In this document: in pieces, positions 23,644 through 35,114 of the stretch | How the letters are laid out: each line of letters opens with the position of its first letter | Position numbering within the stretch: the stretch's first letter is position 1 | Assembly (NCBI RefSeq): GCF_006345805.1 | Contig: NW_021831870.1 | Span: forward strand, 1 to 63,565 | Direction: 5' to 3' | Origin: Octopus sinensis | Taxonomy: Eukaryota | DNA length: 63,565 nt | The notes under the pieces: model-generated | Seen by the model: only the letters and a program-made list of their open reading frames with translations | What the model was told of the DNA's origin: nothing | The model's database searches: none | Translations under genes and position numbers: made by a program

Positions 23644-23756
23644 CTTGTGTCTACTATTACAACATAAGTTAAATTAACAATATCCACAGATTATCAATAG
23701 TTGTCCAACTTCCAGAGAAGTGGTCAGTCCAGTACTGTACTTAGTAGAATAACTAA

Positions 23757-24132
23757 TCTCTGTATATATAAACAGCAAAATGTCTGTCTGTGTGTGCGTG
23801 TGTGTCCTTTATACAAATCCACAATTTTTCAGTTAGAGGGCTCGCACTTTCTATGGTCATTCAAAAACCATCCAAGGGTGGTCGTGCACATCTTTACATT
23901 TCCCCAGTCGCCCTGCAAAGCCATTAAAAAATCAATAGAAGTGACTTTTTTTGTGAATTTTCTATCCAAAACCGAATCAAAATGCCCAAAACTTGATACG
24001 CCAATTGAATGCCAGCTAGCTGTATGTGATTGGTCGGAGATTTGGACAGTACTCACGGGTATGTGCACACGCACGCAGCTGTATATGCATGCACTAGCAC
24101 TATGACCCGGTGTTGCCAGGTCATAGTGCTAG
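23757..24132 (+). mobile_element. Non-autonomous Helitron-like element
   Basis: A|TC 5' end; perfect 15-bp hairpin ACTAGCACTATGACC / GGTCATAGTGCTAGT ending in CTAG|T at 24129-24133. Confidence 0.8.
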
Positions 24133-24329
24133 TAATTACATAAAGAGACTACAAAGTGGATATCAAGATAAGCACCAATATAAATATTTACTTCTTACAA
24201 GCAGCATTTCACCATTGCAATCCAGTGTTACATTCCAAATAACTGCAATGGTGAAACATATGTTGGATCTAATAATCCATACTTGTGTTTATCTTAATTT
24301 TCTCATATTTATACATACACACATATATA

Positions 24330-24648
24330 TAGGAGCGCTCCATCGGTTATGGCGATGAGGGTCCCAGCTGATATGATCAATGGAACAGCTTGCTCGTGAA
24401 ATTAACGTGCAAGTGGCTGGGCACTCCACAGACACGGGTATCCTTAACGTAGTTCTCAGGGAGATTCAGCGTTACACAGAGTATGACAAGGCTGGCCCTT
24501 TGAAATACAGGTACAACTCATTTTTGCCAGCTGAGTGGACTGGAGCAACGTGAGATAAAGTGTTTTACTTAAGGATACGTGTCACTGGGAATTGAACTCA
24601 CAACCCTACGATCATGAGCAGAATGCCCTAACCACTAAGCCACGTGCC
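24330..24648 (-). mobile_element. SINE family C, full length
   Basis: tRNA-like head at 24590-24645; reverse complement of 49262-49580. Confidence 0.85.
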
Positions 24649-24769
24649 TACACACACACATATATATACATATATATATATACATATATATATATACATA
24701 TATATATACTTACATACATACATGCGTGTGTGTGTATGTTATATTTTAAGTATGTATTCTCATGCATAT

Positions 24770-25110
24770 ACTTGCATATCAAGATATACTCACATATACT
24801 TAAATGATAAACTTCTGGAAAGTTTTACAGAGTTTTACAGTTCCACTGATGGCTTCGATTTCTAGTCTTCAAATCAGCTTTCTCCTTTCTGGTTTTGAGA
24901 AGCCTAATTTCTCAAGATTGCTATTTAGGCAGTGTATTACATATCCCAGCACCCCAATAATTACAGGTATAAACCTGAACATGTAATTTGGATAGAGTAG
25001 TTATAGATTCCTCAATAGTCTAGCGCAGGTATTTTCTTTTTCGCTAATCTTTAGCTTTATCTTAACCTCCACTGAAAAGCTGATTTCCACAACTCTATAC
25101 AGTTTCTCTT
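24770..25110 (-). pseudogene. R4/Dong-like LINE 3' fragment, same family as 58090-59410
   Basis: Reverse complement closely matches about 58900-59230 (FIPVIIG.LGYV..CLN.NLEKLGFSKPERRKLI). Confidence 0.85.
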
Positions 25111-25134
25111 ATGTATGTATGTAGGTATGTATGT

Positions 25135-25672
25135 ATCAGGTCAGGTCACTTTTGAGTGCTACTGGTAACATGTAACCCAGGTCAACCTGTTGCATGGTCG
25201 GGTCATCGGCGACTAAACCGGCAACCCCACCAAGCTTGCTTGGTGAAGAGGGTGTTTATTGGACACCCTGTGGGATGAAAAACAAAACCCGTCAAAGGGG
25301 CAGAGGAACTCTTGAGAGTCAACGGCCATCCAATAAATGTCTTAAGGCTGTATCATGCACAGGGACATAGAAATAATCGGACTGAATACCCGTTCGCGCG
25401 GTTTAACCATTGGGAGTGAAGGACTTCTAGCCTTTGTTAGGGCATCCTTCTAGGAGAAGGTAACTCAGGTAACTGGGATAACTCCGACATAAAACCTGCG
25501 GCTCAGTGGTTACCGATAATGTTGACTTGTTCTTCTTTTCGGATTATGGCTGCTGTTGCTTAGTGAGTGGGATTGACTCAGTGCATAGCCTTTCCTCACT
25601 TTAAAAAAAAATCTTGCACAGGCATTGCATGATAGCAACATTGATTAAGCTTCATGCAATGGCCATACTCGA
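25135..25672 (+). mobile_element. Unclassified interspersed element between (ATGT)n runs, possibly a bipartite non-autonomous RTE-like unit
   Basis: GGGCATCCTTCTAGGAGAAGGTAACTC resembles motifs I recall from RTE 5' UTRs; CpG-rich; single copy in window. Confidence 0.35.
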
Positions 25673-25924
25673 TAACGAGGGGGCAGCCACCATGTATGTA
25701 TGTTTGAATGATGATATATGTATGTATAACTGTATATCTCTTCTATTCTTAAAATTATTATAAATCTTCCACTGAGGAGGGAGCTGGTTTCCTACAAAGA
25801 TACAAGGCTCCATCTTTGGAATGATGTATGTATAAATGACTGTATATATGTAAGTATGCGTATATGTATATATGTATGTATGCATTCTTGTATATATGTA
25901 TGTACATATGTGCGTATGTATGTA

Positions 25925-26100
25925 TATGACAGCCTCCTTTTCAGTTTGCCTCTACCAAATTCACTCACAAGGTTTTCGGTCGGTTTGGAGTTATAGGAGA
26001 ATCAAGTTGGCAAATGCATCACGCAGTGGGTCTGAACTCAAGACCACATGGCTAGGAAGCAAGCTTTGCACCAACACTGCCACACTTGCAACTCACAGCC
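25925..26100 (-). mobile_element. SINE family A 5' half, diverged
   Basis: Reverse complement of the head. Confidence 0.7.
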
Positions 26101-26382
26101 ACACCTATGAAATGTTTCGTCCACAGATCTATCGATTCTACCAATCCAAAATCTGCCATTCTTTGTTCTTTCACGAAATGATATCAACAAAAACAGAAAC
26201 GAGGAAATAAATAATACAGAAAAAAGGCATTGAACAAAGAATTCTTCCTTTGTTCTCTTCAAAGACAAAAGTTATGGACGAAGTGTGTTTATTCACACAC
26301 ACACACATGTATATACTCTCATAACCTCCCTCTCATGTATTCATGCACATAGACATATACACATATACATACATACATATAT

Positions 26383-26413
<31 letters not shown>

Positions 26414-26434
26414 GTGTGTGTATGTATGGATGTA

Positions 26435-26479
<45 letters not shown>

Positions 26480-27026
26480 ATGCATGGATGTATATATGTA
26501 TATATATATATATATGCAGAGATTCAAATAACCATAATGTGTGTGTGTGAGTAGGTGTAATGTGTATGTATTGATATATATTTCAAGATTGCTTTATGTG
26601 TTTCAATATTCACATATATATCTATTTAAAAATTGTATATGCATACAATATTTACATATGTAGCAAGCTGCATTTATAACGATGTGTGTACTGTGTGTGT
26701 GTGTGTGTGTGTGTGCGTGTCTATCAACACATGTACAAATATATGTGTGTATATGTGTGTGCCTGTGCATAAATACATGTATGCGTGTGTCTATGTAAGT
26801 ATATATATATATATATGTACATCATGCATACACACATATATATATACATTCATACATATATACAATTGAAATTATGGATAATATTGTGCTGGTGATTCAG
26901 AGTGTGTGAGTGTGTGTGTGTGTGTGTATGTGTGTCTGTGTGTGTCTGTGTGTCTGTGTGTGTATGTGTGTCTGTGTGTATATGTGTGTCTGTGTGTATA
27001 TGTGTGTCTGTGTGTGTTGCATGTAG

Positions 27027-27058
<32 letters not shown>

Positions 27059-27124
27059 GGTATACTTGAAGTTTAAATTTAATATATTGAAGATAAATGT
27101 TCATTTAGAGAATTGTGAAAAGAA

Positions 27125-27463
27125 ATGATGATTTGATGATGATGATGATGATGGAGATGATGATAGAGATGATGATGATGATGATGACAGTGGCATTGTG
27201 GATGACAAAGATAATGAAGATGATGCAAATACTGATAATGATGATGAAGATAACAACGCTGTGGGTGATGATGAGAACAACTACAACAACAATAATGGCA
27301 ATAACGACGACGACGACGAGGTGGGGGATGTAAAGGAGGACAACAACTATGACAATGATGATGATGATGATGACAATAACAACGATGACAACGACAATGA
27401 TGTAGACAATGATGATGATGATGATGATGATGATGATGGTAGTGATGGTGATGATGATGATGT

Positions 27464-27509
<46 letters not shown>

Positions 27510-27835
27510 GGTGATGGTGATGATGATAATGATGATGGTAATGATGGTGATGATGATGATGATAATGACAATAACAACGATGACAATGACAATGATGTAA
27601 ACAATGATGATGATGATGATGATGATGGTAGTGATGGTGATGATAGAAGTGTTGTTGATGATGATGATGATGATGATGGTGATGATGGTGGTAGTGATGA
27701 TAGAAGTGTTGATGATGATGATGATGATGATGATGGTGGTGATGGTGGTAGTGATGACAGAAGTGTTGATGATGATGATGATGATGATGGTAGTGGTGAT
27801 GATGATGATAATGATGATGATCACAACTGTGACGA
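27125..27835. repeat. (GAT)n/(GAC)n/(AAC)n array with ~50-bp secondary repeats (GATAGAAGTGTT) at 27600-27790
   Basis: Direct reading. Confidence 0.95.
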
Positions 27836-28244
27836 TTATAGTCCCAATAACAATAATGTCAATTTATTTAATATTAATATTATCTGTTTTTTTTTGGTTT
27901 TGTCTTTCAATTGTTGCATCATTTATATTATTTTTGTTTTTTCATTCATTTTGCTTTTTTTTTTTGAATACTTGTTTCCTTTTTGTTTCAGATATAAAAG
28001 AATCTCCAAGAGAAATATTGGCAGCAACAACAACAAAATAAACAAGAATTATAAAATAAATATATACATATTGTTTAAACTGCATTTAAATATATTTGCC
28101 TTTCTGTGTATCAGAATTGAACAGCCGAAATTTGCTATGATGATTCGGTGTCTGACTGAAGATTGAAGGCTTCGAATGATTTGTCTGTGTTCCGTGTTCG
28201 TCCCTTCCTGTATTTCACGTTCATTATATATAAAAACATTCATT

Positions 28245-28726
28245 CTTATCATCATCATCATCATCATCATCGTTTAACGTCCGCTTTCCATGCTAGCATG
28301 GGTTGGACGGTTCAACTGGGGTCTGGGAAGCCCGAAGGCTGCACCAGGCCAGTCAGATGTGGCAGTGTTTCTACAGCTGGATGCCCTTCCTAACGCCAAC
28401 CACTCCGAGAGTGTAGTGGGTGATTTTATGTGCCACCGACACAGGTGCCAGACGAGGCTGGCAGACGGCCACGCTCGGATGGTGTTTTTTTGTGCCACCG
28501 ACACAGGTGCCAGACGAGGCTGGCAGACGGCCACGCTCGGATGGTGTTTTTTTTTATGTGCCACCGACACAGGTGCCAGACGAGGCTGGCAGACGGCCAC
28601 GCTCGGATGGTGTTTTTATGTGCCACCGACACAGGTGCCAGACGAGGCTGGCAGACGGCCACGCTCGGATGGTGTTTTCTTATGTGTCACCGACACAGGT
28701 GCTAGACGAGGCTGGCGGACGGCCAC

Positions 28727-28727
<1 letters not shown>
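28245..28727 (-). mobile_element. Family F retroposon with five ~60-bp tandem units
   Basis: Same subfamily as 8085-8610. Confidence 0.88.
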
Positions 28728-28759
<32 letters not shown>

Positions 28760-28991
28760 TACATATATATGTATATATATATACATATATGTATATATAT
28801 ATTTTTTTTTGTATATATGTGTTTGTGTAACTGTATTTATAAAACATAAACACACACACACACACAGCTACATGTGCATGCATGAACTTATATGTATATA
28901 CACACATGTATGTGTATGTATATATATATGTATGTATATCTCCTCCTCCTCATCATCATCATTTAACATCCATATTCCATTGTGTATGAGT

Positions 28992-29033
<42 letters not shown>

Positions 29034-29587
29034 TGTACGTATGTATGCATGTATGTATGTATTTGTATAGATATAGATATATGGATATATACACAGATAT
29101 ATACAAACATATATATGTATAATACATACACACAGACATATCTACATATGCATATATTTATATTTATAATTGTGTGTATACATACAGACATATACACATA
29201 TATTTATGTGTGTGTGTGTGTATGTGTATGTGTGTGTATCTAATCTATTTTCATGCTTATCACACAATGCCACATCATATCACACCACACCCACCCCCAA
29301 ACCCACCTTGCTGCGTATCATATATTTAAATCTCCACAGCAGTATTATGATAAACTTGTTGATATTGGAAAGCAATTAGGGAGCAACTGTATCAAGCAAA
29401 ATCATGTTAGCAGTTTCCGTTAACTTTGAAATTGTCTTAAAGTAATCGTCATAATCTTCATCTGTGTTTCCTTCTTCAAATTCAATCATTATACAGTCTT
29501 TTCGAAAACACAGCTTGCACGCACTTTGTATGTATATACATATACATATATACGAGTATATACATATATACGAGTATATATATATAC

Positions 29588-29624
<37 letters not shown>

Positions 29625-29786
29625 TACGGCAGGCTTCTTTCAGTTTCCATCTACCAAATCCACTCACAAGGCTTTGATCGGCCCGAGGTCATAGTAGAAG
29701 ACACTTGCCCAAAGTGCCATGCAGTGGGACTGAACCTGGAACCATGTGGTTGGTAAGCAAGCTACTTACCACACAGCCACTCCTAT
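29625..29786 (-). mobile_element. SINE family A 5' half
   Basis: Reverse complement of the head. Confidence 0.85.
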
Positions 29787-29859
29787 GTAAAAATTACACA
29801 GTATAAAAATTAATTTCTTCAGTATGTCAAAGTGTCAAAGTATGAACGTGTCAAAGTGC

Positions 29860-30627
29860 TGTCATCTGCCTTTTGGCTCTCCTCCTGCAACTCAACTTGA
29901 TTTCGAGCCGGGTCGTCTATTGCTGGAGAGGACCGATCAGGTAAAGGACCTGGGTATCTTGGTGGATTCCTCCTTTTCGCCTTCGGCCCAGTGCATCCAT
30001 GCTGCCAACAAAGCACGCGGAATTCTGTTCTTGATTCGACGGTCATTCGGAATGCTCACAGCAGCCATATTCCTACCACTCTATGTCACGCTGGTGAGAC
30101 CCATATTGGAGTACGGGATTCAAGCCTCTTCTCCTTATCTCCTCAAAGACATACAGCATCTCGAAAGAGTCCAGAAGCTGGCTACCCGCATGGTTCATGG
30201 TCTCAAAAATTTGTCCTATGAAGAAAGGCTAAGGACGCTCGACCTTTATTCTCTAGAAAAACCCTGCCACCGTGGTGATCTCATTCTCGCCCACAACATC
30301 ATAAGCGGAAAGTGTAACCTCTCGAAAGAGCTGTTCTTCACTCCTGCTCCAGAGCGTCGGCTGCAGGGTCATTCTGAAAAGCTCTACCTGCGACGATTTC
30401 ATCTCAATCGAAGGAGAGGAGCTTTCTCCGTCCGGGTTGCGGATCCGTGGAACAAGCTGCCAGACGAGATGGTGAAGATGCCAACGACTGCTTTGTTCAA
30501 AGCCTCCCTTGACCTCAAGTGGCCTGAACTCTTTACATGAACACCACCCTGTACTTAACTCCATGTCCCCCTACATGGCCTTGCTATTTGCTTTTGAGCC
30601 AAATTAACTAACTAACTAACTAACTAT
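29860..30627 (+). pseudogene. CR1-type LINE 3' fragment (RT C-terminal region, 3' UTR, (AACT)n tail)
   Basis: ORF 29824-30540: VKDLGILVDS..LYVTLVRPILEYG..LERVQKLATRMV..SYEERL..FSVRVADPWNKLP; uninterrupted; tandem tail at about 30605-30627. Confidence 0.92.
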
Positions 30628-31289
30628 TAAAAGTTAATGTAATTAGCCCATTATTTGGAGGGTTTTTTTTACATCTATTTCCTCATTTCAGCCACCCTAT
30701 AATCACCTCACTTTTCTTCAATGCCTTCCTGAGTCTTTCCACCACCACCGGATGGGTGGGTGGGGCAGTATTACCCACTTTGGGAACTACTGGTCTAACA
30801 CTTATTTGCACTATCCCTTACGTTGGCCAACCGTGACTGTCTCCCGTTGTGACCCCCTACACACACACACACACTCATGTCTGTAAAACTAACAAAACGC
30901 AACACTCGCCTACCTTACTAATTTGTTTTGTGGGACCGTCAGTACAGTGACATGGAATGGTAAGTTTACTCTCAAAGTTTACGCCTACCTACTACTGTAG
31001 CTAGACTACAACAGAGATGGATTCAGAGGCAGGGATTAGGAGGGATGCACACGCACTCCATCACATCAACCAAGAAACTTTTCAAATTTGGCTGTTTTGT
31101 TTAAACATGTATGATGGAAAGAATAAGGACAAAACTAAACTCCACAACAGGGAAATTTTTGTGAGAAATAGAGAATAACATTTTATTGCACAGCTACACT
31201 TTGTAAAAATACCACATGAGCATGACATCCCAAATAGAACAAAATGAAAATAAAGATTACAGTAGAATCTACACAATCTACACAATGGT

Positions 31290-31686
31290 GCAGGAGTGGC
31301 TGTGTGGTAAGTAGCTTGTTTACCAACCACATGGTTCCGGGTTCAGTCCCACTGCGTGGCACCTTGGGCAGGTGTCTTCTACTATAGCCTCGGGCCAACC
31401 AAAGCCTTGTGAGTGGATTTGGTAGACGGAAACTGAAAGAAGACCGTCGTATATATGTATATGTATATATGTATGTGTGCATATATGTTTGTGTGTCTGT
31501 GTTTGTCCCCCAGCATCGCTGGTATGTTTATGTCCCCGTCACTTAGCGGTTCGGCAAAAGAGACTGATAGAATAAGTACTGGGCTTACAAAGAATAAGTC
31601 CCGGGGTCGAGTTGCTCGATTAAAGGTGGTGCTCCAGCATGGCCGCAGTCAAATGACTGAAACAAGTAAAAGAAAGTAAAAGAGAG
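31290..31686 (+). mobile_element. SINE family A, young full-length copy
   Basis: Near identical to 56245-56648. Confidence 0.93.
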
Positions 31687-32049
31687 TAATAAAAACATTT
31701 CAATCATAAAATCCTGAAAATATTTTGCTTATTTCTACCATTTGTAGAAGTACCACACAAACATGACATCCTAAAAAGAACAAAGATTAAAATCTGCACA
31801 GTTGAAATATTACAAATAAGAAAACATATTTTAATCTTCAAATCCTGAAAATATTTCTTCATGTAAAAATATTTCTTCATTTGCAAAAATTTCACATGGA
31901 CGTGACAAAACAAACGTTTCAATTAAATTACAATGGGAAAAGATTAAAAAGTGTGCTAAGATTAAACATATGAGTATAAGGAAAATATTTCATACTTGAA
32001 ATCCCAAAAACTGACTGCAGTCATCCATAGCTTCAAAACTAGAAAAAAT

Positions 32050-32700
32050 CATAGAACAAGAGAGAAGGAGACACTGATGGTCCTTTGGAAGACATTCGTC
32101 CTCAGCTGCTTGGACTACTGCTCCCAACTATGGTCACCACACAATATAAAGTTAACAGCAGAACTTGAAGCAATCCAACGAAGCTACACTAAGAAGATTG
32201 TCTCAATGCAACATATCAGCTACTGGGAAAGACTGAAAGTATTAAAACTCTTCTCCCTGGAGCGAAGGCGAGAGAGATATGCAGTAATATACATCTGGAA
32301 AATCTCGGAGAGCCTTGTCCCGAATTTTGGCATTGAAAGTTATTCCAACAGCGGAACGGGGCACCACTACATGGTGCCAAAGATCCCGGCATCGCCATCA
32401 AAATACAGGTCTAGATACTGCAACAGCTTGGGTTTCAGGGGACCACAGCTCTTTGTAAATGTCTGAGAGACCTGCATGGTGTGGATGTGGGTTTCTTTAA
32501 AACTAAACTGGATATCTTCTTGTCAGAGGTTCCAGAAGAACCTACCTCTCAGCAGGAAACACAGATGCAGGCAGCGGCGTCAAACTCCCTTGTTGACCAA
32601 GTTCCACGTATCAAAAGTGGTTTCACATACTAGTGTAGCTCATTCAACAGTGATGCCCCAGCATGGCCGCAGCTTTCAGGCTGAAACATTTTTAAGGATT
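32050..32700 (+). pseudogene. L2/Daphne-like LINE 3' fragment with 3' end
   Basis: LWKTFVLSCLDYCSQLWSP..LEAIQRSYTKKI..YWERLKVLKLFSLERRRERY..NSLGFRGPQLF; after a frameshift LDIFLSEVPEEP..NSLVDQ; tail CCCCAGCATGGCCGCAGC..GCTGAAAC. Confidence 0.88.
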
Positions 32701-32998
32701 TAAGGGTCGTCAATACTGTCTGAAGTGTCACTATCTTCAACCAGAATGTCATCTTCTGTGCCATTTAATGCATTACTGATGCCACATTTTTTAAAGAATT
32801 TTACTGCTACTTCAACTTCCCCAGCATCCAATGATCTCAGGACTTACTCGCCCACCTGAGTAATTGTTGGCCTTTTCAAACAACCTGCTGGTGTTAGGTC
32901 ATGTTCTTGGCTCTCATCAATTGATTCCACTCTTCTTTCATAAATGCCTTAAAAGACTTGTTGAATGATTCGTCCGGTGATTGCAATTGGCTTGTTAA

Positions 32999-33219
32999 CC
33001 CTTTCGTTACTGTATTTATTTTGAGATGCTCTGTGTTTCTTTCAATTAATTTTAAATATAACAAAGTGTTTAATAAAGTAACTTAGTTATCATTCAGCTA
33101 GTGTTAGGAACATAAATTGCGGCTAAGGTTTGGTGGAAGATTTTAATTCAACACTTACGAAAACAAGACATTTGTACTCAGAGCCAGAGCCAGTTTCAGC
33201 TGGGTTGGTATCAAAAGGG
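32999..33219 (+). mobile_element. piggyBac-type MITE (221 bp), TTAA TSD
   Basis: TTAA|CCCTTTCGTTAC...GTATCAAAAGGG|TTAA; removing it restores the pogo frame PGGLTSQLQ. Confidence 0.92.
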
Positions 33220-33675
33220 TTAAACCACCAGGGACCACTGTCATTTTCAATTTCAATTTCTTTAATAGCCATTGTTTTGTGGGCATGAAACTGGTTCCAC
33301 ACAAGAAGGGATGGTTTTTTAAGGAGGCCACCGGAATGCTTTGACCTGACCTTATCTAGCCCTAACTTCACTCCCTCTTCATCTATCCACCCAAAGGGGT
33401 GAACAAAAATTCCATGTGGAATTTTGTCTTTTAGTAAAGTTTTCCTCATCCATCTTTCTGATCTGACCCAATTCATAGTCAGCCTCCTTTCTTGCACTGA
33501 TTCTGAACCTGTGCATTTTGATTATTTTGTTATCATGATCTTCAGGCACTTTTTGTGTTTTTCTTGTTTTCATTCTCATTGCCAGTCCATGCCTCTTCAT
33601 AAATCTGTAACACCAGCTTTGGGCCACAAAAATCATCCAGACCTCGTGCTGCTGTCCTCACTTTTGATTCATTAA

Positions 33676-33895
33676 CCCTTTCGTTACCAACCCGGCTGAA
33701 ACTGGCTCTGGCTCTGAGTACAAATGTCTTGTTTTCGTAAGTGTTGAATTAAAATCTTCCACCAAACCTTAGTCACAGTTTATGTTCCTAACACTAGCTG
33801 AATGATAACTAAGTTATTTTACTAAATTCTTTGTTATATTTAAAATAATTTAAAGAAGCACAGAGCATCTCAAAATAAATACCGTAACAAAAGGG
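33676..33895 (-). mobile_element. Second copy of the same piggyBac-type MITE in opposite orientation, TTAA TSD
   Basis: TTAA 33672-75 and 33896-99; reverse complement of 32999-33219. Confidence 0.92.
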
Positions 33896-34489
33896 TTAAT
33901 ATTTTTATTGATACTGCAAGACCCAAATCTCTCTCTACAACTATCCACTCCTTCATCTCTTGCTCCAGTTCTAGCCAGTTAGCTGCAATCTGATACAGGT
34001 TATGTTTAAGCCTTGATGCAGGCTTCAACAGGTCCTCTAGCTTCTTCCAGCAGTGGATCATTTTCTCGGTTGGTGTTTCTCCAAAATGCCTCTCTGTAGC
34101 CCTGTTGCTTTCAGGGAACAAGGTGGAAGCCCGTGTTGCTGTCTGAATACAAAATGTTTCATCATAGACAGTGAGTTAGTGATTACAATAGTATTGTTAT
34201 TAATATTTGCTTGTAAACACTTTAAACATATCGCGGTTTTACTTCTTTTGTCACTTAATAGTGTTCCCTTAAAGTCAGGTTGTTTGAAGAGAGTGACAAT
34301 ACCGGCAATATAGATACACATGTAAAATACACATGTAAAATTCACGAGTTGCCTTGTCTAAAACATAAGATAGGCCTATGAAAAATGCAGCCTTCAGTCT
34401 CCAGGACGCATAGTAGATTTTCAAGACTTATTTTAGGAAAAAAGCAGCATCTTCGATGCCGGGAAATATGGTATATACATATATATATA

Positions 34490-34670
34490 GGGAGAGTTTA
34501 CGAAAAAAACAAAAGATGAAGACAGGTGGTGTACAAAACAAACAGAGTATAACACTCAGGAATAGAAAGAGTCTTTTGCGTTTCGAGCCTACGCTCTTCT
34601 ACAGAAAGGGACACAGAAAAAACAAGGAGAGAAAAAAATGTATGTAGTGGCTAATGATCTATCATGGCGA
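34490..34670 (-). mobile_element. Penelope-type pLTR remnant with hammerhead-like motif
   Basis: Minus strand CUUU CUGUAGA A GAGC-GUAG-GCUC GAAA CG C A AAAG; between TA runs; downstream of a Penelope RT fragment on the same strand. Confidence 0.6.
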
Positions 34671-35114
34671 CCATATATATATATATGTATATAAATCACC
34701 TATGTATATGTGTGTGTATATATATATTTATATATATATATATACACACATATATACATAGGTGATTTTTTTTTCTGATAAATATTTTTTTTAAAAAGAT
34801 GTTATGGAAATGAGGATGTTACTAACCATTTTTAAGAAGAATATTTTTTTCTAGTGTGAGACCATTTTTGTTAAACCTTTTCAAACACACATGCTCTTAA
34901 TGAGGAAGTTGTTAGTTTTGTGGTAGAGTTATTTCTGGTTTATTTTCAGACTTTTAGTTTTGGTTTTAAATATTCTTTTACCATTGTTAACTATATGGAA
35001 TGTTCGCTATTTTCAGTTAAATTTTAGATTGCTTTTTTTTTTTTGCTTTTCGTAGTTGCACATTTTTATTGTTTATTTTGTAAAATGGGAATATTTAAAA
35101 TTTTCCATTTGCAC

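Larger units (their letters stand above)
32700..34473 (-). pseudogene. Decayed pogo/Tigger (POGK-like) transposon: Brinker-type DBD, CENPB HTH, DDE_1; left TIR present
   Basis: Fragments SNRATERHFG.TPTEKMI..W; WCYRFMKRHGL..K..QKVP; GGLLKKPSLLVWNQFHAHKT; VPGGLTSQLQSPDESFNKSFKAFMKEEW; FFKKCGISNALNGTEDD; TIR-like TA-CCATATTTCCCGGC at 34473 reading inward; right TIR not seen. Confidence 0.88.

Noticed and set aside
30755-30802. hAT/Charlie-like terminus (CCCACTTTGGGAACTACTGGTCTA)
   Set aside because: Only one end is visible and there is no TSD pair.
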